Shown piece by piece: positions 58,450 through 64,000 of a stretch of 64,000 nucleotides of DNA (position 1 is its first letter; each line of letters starts with the position of its first letter). The notes below the pieces were generated by a model. The model had not been told where the DNA came from, did no database searches, and saw nothing but the letters and a program-made list of their open reading frames with translations. Position numbers and translations under genes: made by a program. This DNA is from a virus (Duplodnaviria; Caudoviricetes). The stretch lies in the IMG/VR virus record IMGVR_UViG_3300010163_000003, positions 64,001 to 128,000 of that record. The stretch is one strand, 5' to 3'.

Positions 58450-61400
58450 TTATTTTTTAGTATCCCATGAATCTTGCATAGTAGGATCGCCTGATAACGA
58501 AGCTCCGCCCATTCCAGGAGCCATGCTGTAATCATCGGATAGAGAATAACTAGGGTCTTTTGCTCTTATGTTACTATTGCTATTTGTTACAAATTCAGAC
58601 TTATGCATGCCTTGTTCTATATTAGTCGCCCCAATAGCATCTCCTTGGTCATTCTCATCAGTTAAAAGATAATCTCCCATAAGAAGAATTTTTTCTCCAG
58701 AATGTACACCGCTAACAAAAGCCGAATTTTCCCACCACATTGGGAGTAAGACAATAACGTTACGATTATCGAGCCATTCAAATACACTTGTAATAAGTTT
58801 ATCAATAATAATAGATACAGCAAACCATACAACAGCACCTATACCAGTAGGGGCAACTATAGCACCTATGCCAGCTCTTAGCTTTTCTAAAGCAAATTTA
58901 ACAGAGACAACTTTACTTTTTGTAAAAAGAGATGCAAGATGATAAGCGCGTCTTGTTCTTTTTATGGTTTTAACAACGGAGCTATATAACCCCTTAGCTG
59001 CTATTTTTAAAGCTGCGAAATCTTTTATTTTTAAAGTATTTCTCATTAATGAAGTAGCCTCATATATTTGGCTAACAGTCCATACTCCAGTAAAAATATG
59101 AGTAGCAGTAGTAACATTTTCATGCCATTGATTTGTTGCCTCTACAGACATTATACCATGTTTATATTTTTCCATCATAGTATCAGATAATGCGTCTATA
59201 GAATAATATTGAGTATGAGTCTTAACAAGTTGTCTCCTTGCATTTGTAATGGCAGAAAATACATTCAATGTCCCAAGTAAGTTTTGACAATGCACTATGA
59301 GTCCAGAATTTTGATGAGTATCAAAAGCTATCATCCCTGGAGTAACAGATGTAGTAAATCCAGTCATAGAACTAAAACTATGAATTACTTCTCTTGCAAA
59401 AGATAAACCATAAACATATGAAAAAGTATCATTAATCATCATATAGTCATTAGGCTTAATTCCAGGCCAACCATAAAGGATTAGCTGTCCTTGATATTGT
59501 TGATTCCAACCATATATTAATGTACTAATGCCTATACGAGTTGCTGATTCTTTACCTATTTTATACCCTAAAAATTCCCATAAAGCATCAGGGCCTAGTG
59601 CATCTTGTACTATGGGGCTATCTAATATAGTAGTTTTTTGATATGCAAAATCAATAGTGTCATCACTATGAAGAACAGCAGTAGAAACAGGTTTATTCCC
59701 ACGAACATACATTACCTTAACGTTAGTAGAACTAAACTTAGATGTAACACGAATTTGATTATCTATAATAGAAGTTAAAGAATCAAGGTAATGAACCTGT
59801 GCAGCCGTTTTACATTCTTCATACAAGACTTCTCCAAAATTTTTATAAGTTACTTTTTGTGTAGTTTTTTTTGTATTTTGTTTATTTACTACGACATCGT
59901 CATAAATAATTTCCCAGTCTAATACAGTTGCTTTTTGACAACAATTAACATGACTAGAAGGTACATGTACAAAAAAATCAGCATAATCATAATTTTCAAG
60001 AGAACCAATACTACCTGTGCCACCAATGACATCATCTGGGACGCAAAGAACATTTAAACCAGAACCTAGATTTCCACTAAAAACTTCACATGGAACGCTT
60101 CTACCACTTGAATCGTGAAGCGTAATAATAACTTTATCAGGGTCACTTCTAGAGCCATTATTATGCCCTGGCAATTGGATTCTAAAAATAACTTTTTTCA
60201 TTCCTTTTATCCATTGCCCATTTTCATATTTACCTTGTTTAACTGCTCTAAATTCTGACGCTCCGTTTTCAAATTTAGCACCATTAGAAAGGCTATCTCC
60301 CTTAACCGTAGTTTCTTGTGAAGACCCACCTGAATTTACCATTCCTTCTGATGTGCCAGGAATACCACCAAAATAATCATACCTAAACTTTTCCATAAAG
60401 CATGGAAGCCCATAATATACACGAGAATCAAATTGATGGTATGAAGATTTAAATATGTATTCTGGAGTATTTTGAGTAGCAACCTGAAATACGTCCCATG
60501 GAGTCATATTATATTTATTAAATGCTACATTTTGTTCTCCATCAAAAATAGGCATATAGTCACGACATACATATGATATTCCGTCATAATTTCCCACATA
60601 TACATTTTTTAATATATCATAAAATTCTTGTCTATCATTCCATATATCTTCTAAGTTTACACCGCCACTACCAGTTACTATATCGCCAATAGTGCCAACA
60701 GCTCCGCCAGCAATAGTTCCTATGGCAGCTCCACTAACAGCTCCGGTAGCTACACCAATAGGATTACCTGTAACGACTCCTCCAAGTGCGCCAACTGAAC
60801 CACCTACTATTCCTGTCATTGCTGCCGCAAAACTAGCTTTTTGTCCGAATAATGTTTGCCTGAAATATATTCCATAATGTTCTATACCATATTTACTACC
60901 TTCATATATATTTTTATGAAGATGAGACATCCAGCTTTGTCTTTGTGTCATTATATGTGCAATAATATTGCTAGATTCTTGTACTGCCCCTAATCCAAAT
61001 AGTCCAAGCCATCCAGTGTCTACATCGTGCTCTTTAGCACTTGTAATATGATTAATTAATTCATTGCCATCAGACATAGCTACAATAGAAACTTGCTCAC
61101 CGATAGTGATATCGCTAATATGACCATTTAATACTGGCGCTAATGACATTGGGTCTGAACCATAGCCGATTCTTAAATGTATACGCGCGCCTTCACGTAA
61201 TTTAGCATGATCATATATCATTTGATGTACTTTAATAAGTTTATCGGTAAGTTTCATGCCCAAACTTATAAACATACCAGTATATTTATAAATACCCTTA
61301 ACAACCTTGCCTAACAAATTACTATCATCAATAGCATCACTCAAACTTGTGTATGGCAAATTTCTTTGTGTTCTATCAAGATTATGATAATAATTAGTAA

Positions 61401-63990
61401 TGGTTAAAGTAGCAGTTTCTATTGGCATATCATTAGCAGCGTGCGTATTAATATCTATAATTGAACGATACACATAAAAATTAGTCCATAACTTTCTTCC
61501 GTCAAACCATTGTGCATTATCATCTAATATGCAAAATAGATACGCAGGGAATGCTCTTACTAACCTTCCTCGTGCAGAGTATTGATACATATCACAAAAG
61601 CTACTATTGTATACACATCTATAATCATTTAATTCGTCTCTTACAAAACGTGTTTTGGTTAATTCGCTAGTATTACATATAGATGGTTCCGCAAAATATT
61701 TTAAGTCATTACTCGTCATTGTTATAGAGTCATACTCAACATTATTATCTGTTTTTGTTGGAGTAATATTTACACTGCCAATACCTTTTTTGTCTACAAT
61801 GGTATATTGTACTTTAGATGATGGAGTAGATTTTCCCCAAAATGTATGATCATCCACTTTTCCTACCCTAGTCATATATTTATTATAGGTGGCAAAATCA
61901 CTGACAGAGTTGTCGGATGTTAAAAAATTAGTTACTATTTTAGAAGATAGATATTTGTTACCATCGCAAAATACTTTTTTAACATTACTTTTAATGCTTT
62001 CTGTAACAGTACCTGTTTTCCCACTGAAAGGAGGAGAGGCCAATATTTGATTTAATGTACCATATCCATTTGTTAGCCTATCATAAATTACTTGCGCAAC
62101 TGCTTTTTCTATAGTTCTATCACTAGCACTACCTTCATCTTCTGTTTCTCCAGCAACTGCCTTGCATATAGCATCAAACTCATCTTCAGTTAATATTGCT
62201 GTAGATTCACTTGTACTTTTATAAGAGCTATCAGTGTTAACAATATTATTAGATATATCTGCATTTTTTATATCACTAGTGGTCGCCCCGCCAGTATATC
62301 TAACAAATGTTCTACTGGATGGGTTAGTAAGAGTAGCAAGTTCCCATTTATTATTTTTAGTATTCAAATGCCAATATTTATTATTACCAGCATATATACC
62401 AACATCTTTTTTACCATCAGCACAAACAAGATCATTTGGTAATGCTTCTGAATGTTTAATAGTTGTAAATAATCCACTGTTTTTAAGATTATAAAAATTA
62501 ACATAGCTTTGAGAAATAAGCCCTTGTTCTTTAAGAAGTTTTTGCACATAATCAAAAGAGCTATTATATTTTTTATTTACTGTCGTAGTCTTGTTATAAC
62601 TTGATACAAATTTATTCCCAGTAGATATCAAATTATTACTTTTTATTATATTATTTGTAACAGTGCTAGATGTAGGAGTATTATCTACCCAATTATCATT
62701 GTTGCCTTCGATATCATACGTATTAATATTTTTCTTTATAGTATCACGTTGTATAGGAGTGTATCCATAATAATCCTTATCTTCTTCTAAATAAGAAGCA
62801 TAAGTGTCATGATAGAAAACATAAAAATCTGGGTCTACGTATAAATCATATTCATATAAAGATGTGTCTATGTCGGATGGATGAAATCTTACTCCTGGAG
62901 CAGTTGTCGATCCCGCAGAAAAACTGTTATATAAAATATTAGTAGGATTTGTTGGATATTTTTTGTACGGCAAATCAGACAAATTAAATTCTTTTCTAAA
63001 TGCAATACACTTACTTATAAATTCATCGGTTTCTTTATAAGTTGGTAATCTTAAATCTGGATATATTTCCATATGTGCTCTTAAATAAGCCTCAGTATAA
63101 TTATCTTGTTGTACTTTAGTCAGCACTCCAGACGGATCTTGTTCTATAGCCTGTTCCCAATGAATTTCTCCATTGTCATTATCTATATCATGATAATCTG
63201 AAGTTCCATTACTTTTTTCATCAGATTTTGCTCCAACTCCACATGCAAACGGCCTAAAACCATTCAAAGTTTCTCTTTCAGATTGCCACATATCAAATCC
63301 AACGCATTGCATTTGTATATGGAATAAACCAGGAAAACCGGGAACAGTATTTACATTTATAGTATCTATCATGACAAATAAAGAACCAGTAAATTCAACA
63401 AGTTCAGATTCAAGTTTTACAAAACCACATGAATGAATTTTAATATTTTTGCGCGTTAATATGTCATTTGCAATTTGACATTGCTCTAAAGATTGAACAA
63501 CATTAATATCTGTAGTTTCAATAGTAATATTATATATAGTGTCCATACCGCCCATATATTGAACGGTAGGACTGTTAGCGTCAGACATTTGTAAATTAGC
63601 TAATAAGTTAGAATAACCGCATTGAAATTCTACAATCTTAGCATCGTCTACCGTACTATCTACCCATGTGATATAATTAGTTTCTTGATTAGTACATACT
63701 TTTACTTTATCAGTAATAATATCGTACATATTATATTTATATTCTTTATCAAGATAATTAGTTTCATTAGTGTCTTCAAATGCTTCATCGCTTAAAATAC
63801 TAAGTTTAAAATGATTATATTCTTTGTTAGCTGGTAGGCTTTGTAGTTTTCTGTATTCATGAGTATCTGTAAGTAATCTTTGATAATAAAATCTAAATAA
63901 ATCCCAATCAATCATATATTTAAACGCCAAATCAGGCATTTCTATATAAGGCATCATGTTAATTTCCTGAAGAGAAATCTGTGCAGTCAT
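58450..63990 (-). CDS. Large tail hub / tail-associated lysin, 5'-partial: degenerate NlpC/P60, SleB-like hydrolase, glycine zipper
   Basis: A.AGE...E...AVAQVI.DR...HTF; RIHLRIGYGS...GHI; frame runs off the window. Confidence 0.7.
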   Translation of the reverse strand: MTAQISLQEINMMPYIEMPDLAFKYMIDWDLFRFYYQRLLTDTHEYRKLQSLPANKEYNHFKLSILSDEAFEDTNETNYLDKEYKYNMYDIITDKVKVCTNQETNYITWVDSTVDDAKIVEFQCGYSNLLANLQMSDANSPTVQYMGGMDTIYNITIETTDINVVQSLEQCQIANDILTRKNIKIHSCGFVKLESELVEFTGSLFVMIDTINVNTVPGFPGLFHIQMQCVGFDMWQSERETLNGFRPFACGVGAKSDEKSNGTSDYHDIDNDNGEIHWEQAIEQDPSGVLTKVQQDNYTEAYLRAHMEIYPDLRLPTYKETDEFISKCIAFRKEFNLSDLPYKKYPTNPTNILYNSFSAGSTTAPGVRFHPSDIDTSLYEYDLYVDPDFYVFYHDTYASYLEEDKDYYGYTPIQRDTIKKNINTYDIEGNNDNWVDNTPTSSTVTNNIIKSNNLISTGNKFVSSYNKTTTVNKKYNSSFDYVQKLLKEQGLISQSYVNFYNLKNSGLFTTIKHSEALPNDLVCADGKKDVGIYAGNNKYWHLNTKNNKWELATLTNPSSRTFVRYTGGATTSDIKNADISNNIVNTDSSYKSTSESTAILTEDEFDAICKAVAGETEDEGSASDRTIEKAVAQVIYDRLTNGYGTLNQILASPPFSGKTGTVTESIKSNVKKVFCDGNKYLSSKIVTNFLTSDNSVSDFATYNKYMTRVGKVDDHTFWGKSTPSSKVQYTIVDKKGIGSVNITPTKTDNNVEYDSITMTSNDLKYFAEPSICNTSELTKTRFVRDELNDYRCVYNSSFCDMYQYSARGRLVRAFPAYLFCILDDNAQWFDGRKLWTNFYVYRSIIDINTHAANDMPIETATLTITNYYHNLDRTQRNLPYTSLSDAIDDSNLLGKVVKGIYKYTGMFISLGMKLTDKLIKVHQMIYDHAKLREGARIHLRIGYGSDPMSLAPVLNGHISDITIGEQVSIVAMSDGNELINHITSAKEHDVDTGWLGLFGLGAVQESSNIIAHIMTQRQSWMSHLHKNIYEGSKYGIEHYGIYFRQTLFGQKASFAAAMTGIVGGSVGALGGVVTGNPIGVATGAVSGAAIGTIAGGAVGTIGDIVTGSGGVNLEDIWNDRQEFYDILKNVYVGNYDGISYVCRDYMPIFDGEQNVAFNKYNMTPWDVFQVATQNTPEYIFKSSYHQFDSRVYYGLPCFMEKFRYDYFGGIPGTSEGMVNSGGSSQETTVKGDSLSNGAKFENGASEFRAVKQGKYENGQWIKGMKKVIFRIQLPGHNNGSRSDPDKVIITLHDSSGRSVPCEVFSGNLGSGLNVLCVPDDVIGGTGSIGSLENYDYADFFVHVPSSHVNCCQKATVLDWEIIYDDVVVNKQNTKKTTQKVTYKNFGEVLYEECKTAAQVHYLDSLTSIIDNQIRVTSKFSSTNVKVMYVRGNKPVSTAVLHSDDTIDFAYQKTTILDSPIVQDALGPDALWEFLGYKIGKESATRIGISTLIYGWNQQYQGQLILYGWPGIKPNDYMMINDTFSYVYGLSFAREVIHSFSSMTGFTTSVTPGMIAFDTHQNSGLIVHCQNLLGTLNVFSAITNARRQLVKTHTQYYSIDALSDTMMEKYKHGIMSVEATNQWHENVTTATHIFTGVWTVSQIYEATSLMRNTLKIKDFAALKIAAKGLYSSVVKTIKRTRRAYHLASLFTKSKVVSVKFALEKLRAGIGAIVAPTGIGAVVWFAVSIIIDKLITSVFEWLDNRNVIVLLPMWWENSAFVSGVHSGEKILLMGDYLLTDENDQGDAIGATNIEQGMHKSEFVTNSNSNIRAKDPSYSLSDDYSMAPGMGGASLSGDPTMQDSWDTKK

Positions 63991-64000
63991 TGTATCTGGA

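Noticed and set aside
1-64000. CRISPR array, tRNA or rRNA genes, stop-codon reassignment
   Set aside because: No repeat-spacer pattern or RNA gene recognised by eye. Intergenic gaps are tiny and long ORFs are intact in code 11.

Overview
This AT-rich 64-kb window looks like part of a large (probably jumbo) contractile-tailed phage genome, standard genetic code. The host is probably an anaerobic Firmicute (Clostridia-like), inferred from sigma-A-type promoters, spoVG, a class III RNR and a SPOR-domain amidase. A short plus-strand block (1-5305: Hjc-like nuclease, dnaX, thyX, spoVG) converges at a perfect 42-bp palindrome on a long minus-strand block. That block holds replication and nucleotide genes (5358-18633: holin, sigma factor, RuvC, nrdG/nrdD/NrdH/FTR, DnaB-like helicase, dUTPase, AEP primase, Sak) and a ~45-kb tail/baseplate module (18825-64000). 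Main observations: (1) a free-standing homing-endonuclease cassette that has replaced the last 27 codons of nrdD with a recoded copy and left the old 3' end stranded downstream; (2) a probable ferredoxin -> FTR -> NrdH -> disulfide-type NrdD electron chain; (3) four small acidic paralogues (2+2) inside the tail module; (4) a candidate ~80-nt stand-alone RNA with its own promoter and terminator; (5) a multi-member paralogous structural family; (6) an unusually broad set of adhesin and enzyme domains on virion proteins (EPN C-type lectin, stretched vWA, FN3, Big, cadherin-like, Flg_new, transglutaminase-like, SleB-like, degenerate NlpC/P60, possible flagellin-derived domain). All domain calls come from motif recognition by eye, not from database searches.
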